64,000 bases of DNA, from NCBI GenBank assembly GCA_045540115.1, contig JAZQGR010000075.1:74805-138804 (forward strand), read 5' to 3'. This document shows positions 56,501 through 64,000 of the stretch, piece after piece. Under the pieces are notes generated by a model. It was not told the origin of the DNA. It was given only the letters and a program-made list of their open reading frames with translations, and ran no database searches. Within the stretch, counting starts at the first letter, position 1, and each line of letters starts with the position of its first letter. This DNA comes from Eubacteriales bacterium (GTDB lineage Bacteria; Bacillota; Clostridia; Oscillospirales; CAG-272). The position numbers and the translations under genes are program-made.

Positions 56501-56958
56501 ATCTGATGCTCTTCATCTCACTTGAGGACAGAAACGGTGAGATCGAGGTTCTCGTTTTTCCGAAAACAGTAACTGAATACGGGCACCTTCTTTCGCTTGA
56601 CAGCGTTGTTGCCTTTGAGGGTGAGGTCTCATATAAGGACGAAGAGGTCAAGCTTCTCCTAAGACGCGCTAAAGCGCTCGTGAGCGACGATAAGTATGTT
56701 CCCGTTCATAAAGAGAAGCAGGCTGAAATAACCGTGGACAAGCCCAAAAAGCTATATCTGAAGGTTAACAGTATGTCGTCTCCTTTCTTCAAGAGGGCTA
56801 TCGCTGTTTGCGAGATATTCGAGGGTAAAACACCCGTAGTTATTTATGAAAGTGACAGCAAAAAATACATCTCATCATCAATTCTGACAGCACCAACTGA
56901 TTTTGTTATGAAGGAACTGACTGAGATTCTCGGGGGCGAAAGCGTTGTTTTGAAATAG
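53512..56958 (+). CDS. dnaE: DNA polymerase III subunit alpha (DnaE type)
   Basis: PHP N-terminus FVHLHLHTEYSLLDG, PDFDIDF, HAAGVVI and an OB fold near the C-terminus. Confidence 0.95.
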   Translation: MSDFVHLHLHTEYSLLDGACRLSEIPKRAKELGQSAVAITDHGVMYGVVGFYNACKDAGIKPIIGCEVYVASKSRFDKTVSGDNEPNHLVLLVKNEVGYKNLTYMVSCAHTEGFYRKPRIDLELLSEHAEGLVCLSACLSGMIPRLVMSGNVSEADEYARRLDGIFGRGNLYLELQDEGIDGQRMVNECIAGISERTGIPLVATNDVHYLRKEDAFTQSVMMCIQTNNVISDGRPIGFETDEFYMKSGDEMSKLLGRYDGAIENTVKIAEMCNYDFVFGKTFLPRFDPPDGLNAKDYLRQLAYDGLERREKDGSIVYDEHFKREDYKLRIDYEHVVVTSMGYASYYLIVSDFVNYAKSKMIPTGPGRGSGAGSLIAYLLGITEVDPVRFGLLFESFLNPQRVSMPDFDIDFCYRRRDEVIDYVSRRYGADHVSQIVTFGTLAAKAALRDVGRALGMAYSKVDSVVRALPEHKGGVSLTEAVNDKSFRALCDGDDEIRELVRIATALEGMPRNSSTHAAGVVITDKPVHEYVPLSVNGDTVVTQFDMDTVAKLGLLKFDFLALRYLTVIDDTEKLVRKEKDSFRVAEIPFDDEATFELISSGKTDGLFQLESEGMRQLLMQMKPSSITDIMVAIALYRPGPMDAIPTFLQNRADRSKIKYKIPCLSEILDETCGCIVYQEQVMQIFRSVAGYSYGKADIVRRAIAKKKPGVIEKELDNFIKGALEQGYSEADARELYGQMTDFANYGFKKSHAAAYAFISYQSAYLKAHYAPMYYASLISSVFGNQTKMGEYISECAKMGIKTLPPDINESGTGFSVSGGNIRYGLPAIKNVGAQFIQRVVDERRMRPFASFYDFASRMQGSDLNKRQIESLIKAGAFDSLGVYRSRLLSAYSEIIESLNRKAHGSVAGQLDMFSPDTVQVRYPDIPEFTLREKLRFEKESAGMYFSGHLLDDYEKNISDIQHTDIRVLLEHEYKEKQTVTVVGAITSVTKKVTKNGDLMLFISLEDRNGEIEVLVFPKTVTEYGHLLSLDSVVAFEGEVSYKDEEVKLLLRRAKALVSDDKYVPVHKEKQAEITVDKPKKLYLKVNSMSSPFFKRAIAVCEIFEGKTPVVIYESDSKKYISSSILTAPTDFVMKELTEILGGESVVLK

Positions 56959-57047
56959 CTTTTATGAATTTTTATATAATTCATACTGTGTTCAAAACTT
57001 GGGTTTAATATTAACGTAGTAGTTTTGAAAGGAATAAGCTTCATACT

Positions 57048-59645
57048 ATGAACAAAAACAAAAAAATTAATTGGAATGAAGAGTTTGCCAAAAGCATACC
57101 GATACTCGGCAAGGCGCTTTTAAAGGGACTTGGCTGGGCTCTCAGCATCCTTATAACCATCGGGCTTATCGCGGTTATAACGGGCGTTATTGTTGGCGGA
57201 GCTTTTCTTATATACGTCAAGAATCATCTTGATACGAGTGTTGACGGCTTTTCGATCATGGCTCAGGAACGAAGTCTTACGACTACGATCAGCTATGTTG
57301 ACGATGACGGTAATATTGTCGAGCTCGAGTCAGAGCGTCTTAGCGCTACTGAGAACCGAATGTGGGTAGCATATTCGGATATGGGCGACTATTTGCCGCA
57401 GGCGTTTATCGCTATCGAGGATAAGCGCTTTGAAAGTCACGACGGCGTTGACTGGGTGAGAACTATAAAGGTCACACTTGACTATTTTCTCGGCGGCGGC
57501 TCGCAGGGCGGTTCTACCATAACACAGCAGCTTATCAAGAATATTACGGGTAATGATGACGTAACAATTCAGCGTAAGGCGCAGGAAATTTTCCAGGCGC
57601 TCAATCTTGAAAAGAAGTATGACAAGACCGAGATACTTGAGATGTATCTTAATAACATCTATCTTTCTCAGTCCTGTTACGGTGTAGGCGCGGCTTCTTA
57701 TGCTTATTTCGGAAAGGAGCCTTCTGAGCTCACTCTGATCGAGGCGGCGGCTATTGCGGCTATTACGCAGAACCCGTCCAAATGGGACCCGATAATTCAT
57801 CCCGAAAACAACAGTATACGCCGAAATCAGGTCATAAAGCTGATGTACGAGCAGGGAAGGATCACGCAGGAGGAGTATACTGCCGCATATAAGCAGGAGC
57901 TTGTTCTCAATCCCCCCGAAACCGATTCCGATATCGGTATTTCGATCAAATCGTGGTACACCGATGCGGCTCAGCAGGAAGCAATTCAGCTTCTTATGGA
58001 CAAATACGGATATACGGAGAGCTATGCGTCGAAAATTCTTCTGACAAGCGGCTTCAATATCGTGACCGCACAGGATCCCAAGGTTCAGGCGGCTCTCGAA
58101 AAGTATTTTGAAAACGATTCGTATTGGCCCCGCTACGACGAATCTCCCATTCAGCCGAAATCTTCGGGCGTCGTTATAGATCCCGAAACAGGTAACGTTC
58201 TCGGGCTTGTCGGTGACCGCGGACAGAAGACTCTTAACCTCGGTCTTAATTATGCAACACAGACAAGACGTCCTTCCGGATCGGCTATAAAGCCGCTTTC
58301 GGTATACGGACCGGGACTTGAGCTTGGTGTTCTTACCTACGGTTCGGTTTTCGACGACATTCCGATAAACTTCGGTAATATGACCGTTGATCCCGAAACA
58401 GGTGCCATCTCCTATTCGAGAAAGTCGGGTTATCCTCACAACACGCCTAACCGTTATGCAGGACTTCAGACTGTTCATGAGGCTATCAGGGTATCGAAGA
58501 ACACAATCGCTTGGAGAGCGCTTGAAGAGGTTGGACTTCAAAACTCCTTTGATTATCTTACCGAAAAGCTCGGTCTTTCAACACTTGTTGAAAGAGCGGT
58601 GAATTCTGCGGGTACAATTTACTCTGATATTTCATACGCTCCTCTTGCGATGGGCGAGTTTACCTACGGCGTAACCGTTAAGGAAATGACCGCTGCATAT
58701 CAGATATTTGTAAACGGCGGTATCTATAACGAGGAAAGAATTGTACTTCAGATTCTTGATGCAAACGGAAACGTAATTGTTGACAACACCCGTAAGAGCG
58801 AGATCGTAATGAGCGCGGAAAACGCTGCTATTATGACGAAGATGCTTGAAGAGGTTGTTGACGCCGGAACTGCTGACGAGGTTACGTTGAGAAGTAAGGT
58901 CGATTGCGCGGGTAAGACGGGTACGACGAGCTCACGTAAAGACCAGTGGTTCGTCGGTTATACGCCTTATTATGTTTGCGGAATTTGGTTTGGATATTCG
59001 ATGCCGCGTTCGATGGAAAAATTCAGAGGTGTTCCCGAGACAATCTGGAACCTTGTTATGACGGATCTTCACGCTGACAAAATAGCTGAGGATAAAAGCG
59101 GCGGAGAGAAGCTCAAAACCTTCACTATGCCGAGAAGCGTAATTACAGCAACGTACTGTAAGGACTCGGGCAAGCTTCTTACCGATGCATGCAAGCAAGA
59201 TCCTCGCGGAAGCCGCGCAGAGATCGGATATTTTGTTCGCGGAACCGAGCCGTCCGAATACTGCGACGTTCATTTCCTTGCAGACCGTGACGGAAAGACG
59301 GGCGGTATGTTCACTCCTTACTGTCCCGATGAAAACCTCGTAAAGGTCGGTATGCTTAACGTATACCGCGAGTTCCCGTATAATATATACGTTGATGATG
59401 CTGAGTACACGGGACAGATCCTCCCCGATGATTATACGTTTATGGGAATAACGAACGCCGTATGCTACTATCAGAACATGCTTCCAACTGGATTCTTCTC
59501 GGGAACCCACCGAGACTCCGGAAGATATAACGTCGCCTGTATGTGGCATATAAATAACCCTGCAAAAGAAGTAGAAAGCGCTTCGTGGCAGCTACCAGCG
59601 ACGGAATCAAGTATACGTGATATACTTAATGATCTCTCATCATAA
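57048..59645 (+). CDS. Class A penicillin-binding protein (glycosyltransferase GT51 + transpeptidase)
   Basis: IAIEDKRFESHDGVD and GGSTITQQL (GT51); SGSAIKP (SxxK), SKN and KTGTT (transpeptidase). It has an N-terminal TM anchor and a Cys-containing C-terminal extension. Confidence 0.92.
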   Translation: MNKNKKINWNEEFAKSIPILGKALLKGLGWALSILITIGLIAVITGVIVGGAFLIYVKNHLDTSVDGFSIMAQERSLTTTISYVDDDGNIVELESERLSATENRMWVAYSDMGDYLPQAFIAIEDKRFESHDGVDWVRTIKVTLDYFLGGGSQGGSTITQQLIKNITGNDDVTIQRKAQEIFQALNLEKKYDKTEILEMYLNNIYLSQSCYGVGAASYAYFGKEPSELTLIEAAAIAAITQNPSKWDPIIHPENNSIRRNQVIKLMYEQGRITQEEYTAAYKQELVLNPPETDSDIGISIKSWYTDAAQQEAIQLLMDKYGYTESYASKILLTSGFNIVTAQDPKVQAALEKYFENDSYWPRYDESPIQPKSSGVVIDPETGNVLGLVGDRGQKTLNLGLNYATQTRRPSGSAIKPLSVYGPGLELGVLTYGSVFDDIPINFGNMTVDPETGAISYSRKSGYPHNTPNRYAGLQTVHEAIRVSKNTIAWRALEEVGLQNSFDYLTEKLGLSTLVERAVNSAGTIYSDISYAPLAMGEFTYGVTVKEMTAAYQIFVNGGIYNEERIVLQILDANGNVIVDNTRKSEIVMSAENAAIMTKMLEEVVDAGTADEVTLRSKVDCAGKTGTTSSRKDQWFVGYTPYYVCGIWFGYSMPRSMEKFRGVPETIWNLVMTDLHADKIAEDKSGGEKLKTFTMPRSVITATYCKDSGKLLTDACKQDPRGSRAEIGYFVRGTEPSEYCDVHFLADRDGKTGGMFTPYCPDENLVKVGMLNVYREFPYNIYVDDAEYTGQILPDDYTFMGITNAVCYYQNMLPTGFFSGTHRDSGRYNVACMWHINNPAKEVESASWQLPATESSIRDILNDLSS

Positions 59646-59650
59646 ATAAT

Positions 59651-59682
59651 AAAAGGTGTTATCCAGACGGATAACACCTTTT
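59651..59682. terminator. Bidirectional terminator (PBP / ppa convergent pair)
   Basis: AAAAGGTGTTATCC-AGAC-GGATAACACCTTTT. Confidence 0.85.
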
Positions 59683-59690
59683 ATATTCGG

Positions 59691-60221
59691 TTAGTGAGTG
59701 TAAAATCTTTCGTAGCGGTCAATTGATTCCTGAATGATCTCGAGGGCCTCTGTGTGGCCGAAAAGATCTCGGACGGCAGTTTCCTTGTTTTCAAGCTGCT
59801 TGTATACCTTGAAGAAATGAACCATTTCCTCAAATATATGTTTTGGCAGCTCGGAGATATCCTTGATGGTATTGTAGTTAGGATCTGAAAAGGGAATGGC
59901 TATGATCTTGTCGTCGTTTTTTCCGCCGTCGAGCATTCGCATGACGCCGATGGGATATACCTGCACAAGCGTCATCGGGTTAATCGGCTCTGCGCAAATT
60001 ACGAGGACGTCAAGCGGGTCGTCGTCATCGGCAAAAGTGCGAGGAATGAAACCATAGCTTGCGGGATAGTGAGTTGACGTGTAAAGAACTCGGTCGAGAC
60101 GGAGGAGTCCCGTCTCCTTGTCAAGCTCATATTTATTCTTACCGCCTTTAGGAATTTCGATTACGGCGGTAAAGTTATCCTTATTAATAAATTTAGGATT
60201 AATATCGTGCCAGATGTTCAT
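59691..60221 (-). CDS. ppa: Inorganic pyrophosphatase, family I
   Basis: IEIPKGGKNKYELDKE, YPASYGFIP and DDDPLDVLV. Confidence 0.93.
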   Translation of the reverse strand: MNIWHDINPKFINKDNFTAVIEIPKGGKNKYELDKETGLLRLDRVLYTSTHYPASYGFIPRTFADDDDPLDVLVICAEPINPMTLVQVYPIGVMRMLDGGKNDDKIIAIPFSDPNYNTIKDISELPKHIFEEMVHFFKVYKQLENKETAVRDLFGHTEALEIIQESIDRYERFYTH

Positions 60222-60292
60222 ATATCTGCTCCTTTCCTTTAAGCATCTATATTATATCATAGAGCGACTTGTGCGTCAATAGAAAAGAATCC

Positions 60293-60321
60293 TTGACAAA
60301 TTGGAGATAAAATGCTAATAT
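60293..60321 (+). promoter_or_regulatory. Promoter for the MATE transporter gene
   Basis: TTGACA, 17-nt spacer, TAATAT with an extended TG. It lies inside the computed ORF's 5' extension. Confidence 0.55.
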
Positions 60322-60347
60322 TATTGAAGAATTTTTTCGGAGCAATT

Positions 60348-61739
60348 ATGACTGACATAAAAAACGCGACGACAAAAAGGGCAATGATTGCCCTCATATT
60401 TTCTCTTGCATTACCAACGATGCTCGAACAGCTTATGCAGACTGCGGTGCAGTACATTGACCTTGCAATGGTAGGCTCACTCGGAACCGATGCCGCCGCG
60501 ACAGTCGGCTCAACTACGACAGTTAACTGGCTTATCGGAAGCACGATATCTGCGCTTGGAGTTGGGTTTCTTGCTGTAATTGCAAAGGCAATCGGTGCAT
60601 CTGACAGGCACCTTGTAAAGCGTGCATCTGCACAGACGGTCTTTATAACACTCGTTGCCGGAACGATCTTTACAATAATTCCGCTTGCCATCAGTCCGAT
60701 AGTGCCAACTCTTATGAACGTAAAGAGACACCTTCGTGACGACGCGGCGCTGTATTTTTTCATACTGTATACGCCGATGCTTTTCCGTACCGCAAGCGTA
60801 ATATTCGGTACGGCTCTCAGAGCATCCGGTGATACAAAAACGCCAATGCGTGTCGGAGTACTCGTTAATATCGTAAACGTTGTTCTGAACTACTTTATGA
60901 TATACGAAACAAGAACAGTCAAAGTGTTCAGCGCCGAATTTACTATGTTTGGCTTCGGGTGGGGAGTTATCGGTGCAGCGATCGCGAGTTCAATTGCATT
61001 TGCTGTCGGCGGCATTCTTATTACGGTTGCAATCTTCAAGCATCCGATGCTCTCACCGCGCGGAGAGAGTATAAAGCCCGATATGTCTGTCCTTCGTCCT
61101 TGCCTTAAGGTAGCTCTTCCAAATATGCTTCAAAGGTTCTGCACCTCGTTCGGTTACGTTTGCTTCGCGTCGATGATAAACTCGCTCGGCGAGGTCGCAA
61201 CTGCCGCGCATACTTTTGCCAATACTGTTGAATCTGCGTTCTATATTCCGGGATACGGTATGCAGACAGCGGTTGCAACACTTGCGGGTAACGCTTACGG
61301 CGCAAGGGACAATGATAAGATGAAGCGCTTGACCTCAATGATAATCAAGATCGAGCTTTTACTCATGATAGTCTCGGGAGCGCTTCTGTTTGCGTTCGCT
61401 CCGTTTCTTATGGGCATCTTCTCAAGGGATCCGAAGGTAATTCAGCTTGGCGGAACTGTCCTCAGAATGGTGGCTCTATCCGAGCCGTTTTACGGCATAT
61501 CAATTATAATTGAAGGAGTGCTGCTTGGCGTAGGACAAACGGTTACACCGTTCAAATTCAACGTTATCGGAATGTGGGGCGTGAGAATATTCGGTACGTT
61601 TATTGCTACGTCTTTCCTTTCAGGCGGTCTTGAAGCGGCTTGGGGATGTATGATTGCACATAATCTTCTCATTTTTGTTCTGTACGTTATACATTATTAT
61701 AAAGGAAAATGGAATCCACTTGAATATAAAAAAGCTTGA
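60348..61739 (+). CDS. MATE-family efflux transporter
   Basis: 12-TM protein. The N-terminus has LALPTMLEQLMQTAVQYIDLAMVGSLG. The start is at ATG 60348, after GGAG. Confidence 0.85.
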   Translation: MTDIKNATTKRAMIALIFSLALPTMLEQLMQTAVQYIDLAMVGSLGTDAAATVGSTTTVNWLIGSTISALGVGFLAVIAKAIGASDRHLVKRASAQTVFITLVAGTIFTIIPLAISPIVPTLMNVKRHLRDDAALYFFILYTPMLFRTASVIFGTALRASGDTKTPMRVGVLVNIVNVVLNYFMIYETRTVKVFSAEFTMFGFGWGVIGAAIASSIAFAVGGILITVAIFKHPMLSPRGESIKPDMSVLRPCLKVALPNMLQRFCTSFGYVCFASMINSLGEVATAAHTFANTVESAFYIPGYGMQTAVATLAGNAYGARDNDKMKRLTSMIIKIELLLMIVSGALLFAFAPFLMGIFSRDPKVIQLGGTVLRMVALSEPFYGISIIIEGVLLGVGQTVTPFKFNVIGMWGVRIFGTFIATSFLSGGLEAAWGCMIAHNLLIFVLYVIHYYKGKWNPLEYKKA

Positions 61740-61760
61740 CTTATCCGTCAAGCTTTTTTA
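61729..61760. terminator. Bidirectional terminator overlapping the MATE stop codon
   Basis: AAAAAAGCTTGAC-TTATCC-GTCAAGCTTTTTT. Confidence 0.85.
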
Positions 61761-61761
61761 A

Positions 61762-64000
61762 TTATTTCTTCTGTGAAGATGAAAGCTGCTTCTTTTCCTC
61801 AAGTTCGTCGGGGAGAAGCTGATTTCCGCTTTTGTCTCTTGTTATGATAAGAATCATGGATATGACGATTATCGAACCGATAAGAAGTATTGCAAATACC
61901 ATCATAAGGATAAGAATAGTTTTGATGGTGTCAAAGGAGAAGCCGCCGAAGCTGAAGCCACCATTTGTAGGGGGAGGAGTGAATTCCTCTTCAACGCCAC
62001 CGATAAGAAATCCGGGCTGCTTCGGCCCCGAAGCAGGGACAGAATGACCACAAGCGCAGGAATAATGCTCATTGCCCTCGGAGTCGATAAGCGCGTCGCC
62101 ATACTCGTGCTCGATCTCTTCGTCGAGAAGAGAATCGCAGCCTACACAAACTGTGAAGTGATTATTTCCGTCATGTGCGGTGACTGTTCCACCAACGTGT
62201 TTTGATGGATCCTTTTTAATAATGATAGAATCAGCTGCTACCTCGGTAACGGCATTACTGTCCTTGTAAAGCTTCTGACAGCCAAAGCAGTAATAGTGCG
62301 TGCTGATGCCATCATTTTTGCAGGTGCTTGCGATTCCGATGATCTCAATAAGTGAGTGACCAAGCTTGTCAAGTGTGATCTCAGACTTAGCGGAGCAGCT
62401 TTTGCATTTGCCGACGATGCTTCCGTCACTGTCACAGGTAGGCAGAGTGACAGTTGCATTTCTGTTGTCTATATTATGTTGAATTGTTTCAAAGGTGTAA
62501 GAGAGAATAATGTTTTCGCCACTATCGGTTACGGTAACGCCGTGACCGTTAATTGTTGCGGATTCAAGCGCAAACTCGTATCCGTCCTTAAGTGCAACCG
62601 TTACCTCTACGGTATACTGCTTGCCGCAGGCGAACTTTGTAGCCTTGTTTCCGTTAGCAGTGAATACGATGCTTTTTACCGTGCAGGTGGAGTCAACCGA
62701 GGCTCCGGAGGTCTTTGCATTTGCGCCTGCAACAGGTTCAACGATTCCCGTTACCTTGATGCTTCTAACATACTTATCGGCAACTCTCGGTATGAAATAC
62801 GCCGTCGCAAAGCCGTATTCGCCGCTTACAACAGAGGTGCCGAGCGGAATGGCATTCGTGAAAGTCACCTTTGATTTATCGACCTGATTTCCGTCGGTTG
62901 TCTGCCAATTGATGCGAACGCAGTACATGCTTCCTTCTTCAAACTCGTGTGTGAGGAAGTCGACTTCGTCATTGGGATCATAGTCGTAATCTGTCTCGGA
63001 ATTGTCGGAAAAATCGCAATATCCGATCTTTTTGCCGTCTTTATACCAATGAACGGTAGCGTTGCCGTAAATATTTATGTTGGCGTTGGAGATCTGCTGC
63101 CCGATGCTTATTGTCGGAAGATAGATCTGTCTGTCGCCGACGTACACGGTTTCGACGTAATACTTGGCGGTAAGCTCAGTTTTATCGTCGTTCAGGGAAC
63201 GGGTGGATGTGGAGCAATGATTGGTGGAGAGAATTGTCCAGTCGGAGAAAACGGTCGTTTCGGGGTCGACGAGTTTGTACACAACAGTCAGAACGTATTT
63301 CTTTCCGCTTTCGAATTTGGTGAAGCTTGCGCCTGAATCTGTCGTCCAAGTGTAACTGTCAATAATTACCTTACCGCTGTCTGGCGTAGAGGCAATTGTC
63401 GGAGTAGCGGGAGCAGAGGATTCCGTCGGAACACCAAGGTCTACCTTGATCTCATAAACGGGAGTCTTTTCGTTTTCAACGGGAACGAATACGGCTGAGC
63501 ATTCTTTGTAGGAGCAGATGCCGCATATTCTTGACATAGGCTGAGTTTCTCCGGAGGCTCCGTCCTCAGCCCACTCGGAAAACTCGTGCTTGGAGGCGGA
63601 AATAGCGTAACCGCAGATCGTACATATCTTGTCGTGAGAATGAGGATTACCTACGTACTCGGTTGTTGCGTGAGAGCAAGCGGTTGATATCCATGCGGAT
63701 ATTGTCGCATTTTTGCCGTCAACGGAAGGCGCGAGCGAAGTTGAGGTGGCGCCGGGGAGGAACGCTATTCTTGTATCGGAGGTAAAGAGATAATTACCCT
63801 TTGCGGAGAGCTCAAAAACTACGAAGTAGTTTGAATTTTCCTCAAACTTGACGGGAGACTCCATTTGGTTAACCGAGCTTCTCTCGTACCATTTGACGCT
63901 GTCTATTACATAATTTGCGTTTGAAGGAACCTTGAATGTCGGAGCATTTCCCGAATAATAACGGTTATTGTCGTCGATAGCTGACGGGGTAAGCGATACA
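61762..64000 (-). CDS. Large cell-surface protein with Cys/His-rich repeat modules and a C-terminal TM anchor (N-terminus outside the window)
   Basis: The reading frame stays open from 63864 to base 64000 with no stop, so the listed Met is internal. Features include beta-rich modules, CxxC...GH motifs, and the C-terminal TM segment ILILMMVFAILLIGSIIVISMILII followed by a charged tail. Confidence 0.7.
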   Translation of the reverse strand, partial: VSLTPSAIDDNNRYYSGNAPTFKVPSNANYVIDSVKWYERSSVNQMESPVKFEENSNYFVVFELSAKGNYLFTSDTRIAFLPGATSTSLAPSVDGKNATISAWISTACSHATTEYVGNPHSHDKICTICGYAISASKHEFSEWAEDGASGETQPMSRICGICSYKECSAVFVPVENEKTPVYEIKVDLGVPTESSAPATPTIASTPDSGKVIIDSYTWTTDSGASFTKFESGKKYVLTVVYKLVDPETTVFSDWTILSTNHCSTSTRSLNDDKTELTAKYYVETVYVGDRQIYLPTISIGQQISNANINIYGNATVHWYKDGKKIGYCDFSDNSETDYDYDPNDEVDFLTHEFEEGSMYCVRINWQTTDGNQVDKSKVTFTNAIPLGTSVVSGEYGFATAYFIPRVADKYVRSIKVTGIVEPVAGANAKTSGASVDSTCTVKSIVFTANGNKATKFACGKQYTVEVTVALKDGYEFALESATINGHGVTVTDSGENIILSYTFETIQHNIDNRNATVTLPTCDSDGSIVGKCKSCSAKSEITLDKLGHSLIEIIGIASTCKNDGISTHYYCFGCQKLYKDSNAVTEVAADSIIIKKDPSKHVGGTVTAHDGNNHFTVCVGCDSLLDEEIEHEYGDALIDSEGNEHYSCACGHSVPASGPKQPGFLIGGVEEEFTPPPTNGGFSFGGFSFDTIKTILILMMVFAILLIGSIIVISMILIITRDKSGNQLLPDELEEKKQLSSSQKK

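Noticed and set aside
57330-58541. A 403-aa antisense ORF inside the PBP1A gene. Similar cases are 34649..35491 opposite the G1PDH gene, 1930..2589 opposite the ABC gene, 21091..21747 opposite clp, and 55837..56442 opposite dnaE.
   Set aside because: For the two I checked (57330..58541 and 34649..35491), the register relationship and explanation are the same: avoidance of TTA/CTA/TCA in sense codons. The other three I assume to be alike. None has a start-site signal or a motif.
1-64000. A search by eye for tRNA/rRNA genes, CRISPR repeats, IS or transposase, integrase and phage genes, toxin-antitoxin pairs and known defence-system proteins.
   Set aside because: None was recognised. All intergenic gaps are under about 240 nt and are accounted for by promoters, RBSs and terminators. 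Small ncRNAs cannot be excluded without covariance-model searches.

Overview
This window looks like a chromosomal core region of a low/medium-GC Firmicute, probably a spore-forming member of the Clostridia; the lineage call is inference from gene content and synteny. Supporting gene content: RuvCAB, ecfA1-ecfA2-ecfT-truA, nusB-xseAB-ispA-tlyA-nadK-argR-recN, PdaA-like and SpoIID-like genes, and WhiA. Coding density is very high. I call about 53 protein genes, many translationally coupled with 1-11 nt overlaps. Intergenic gaps are short and carry recognisable SigA-type promoters (several TTGACA-17-TATAAT) and hairpin terminators. I found no rRNA, tRNA, CRISPR array, transposase/integrase, prophage remnant or recognisable riboswitch or T-box. 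I also see no convincing multi-gene defence or mobile system, since most of the window is housekeeping (replication, repair, translation, cell wall). The parts that deserve a second look are single genes or two-gene modules. (1) A full-length P-type ATPase homolog in which every catalytic signature, including the phosphorylated Asp of DKTGT, is replaced. (2) An ABC exporter with a long N-terminal cytoplasmic domain plus zinc ribbon, coupled to a DUF1854-like protein and preceded by a 7-codon uORF. (3) A receiver-less LytTR regulator co-transcribed with a LiaF-like membrane protein. (4) A bacterial sn-glycerol-1-phosphate dehydrogenase homolog lying 3 kb from gpsA. (5) A Clp/Hsp100 ATPase with a zinc ribbon in place of the Clp N-domain. 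(6) A large Cys/His-repeat surface protein that runs off the window end. All functional calls rest on motif recognition by eye. Family names such as DUF1854, DUF4317 and DUF5711 come from memory and need HMM confirmation.
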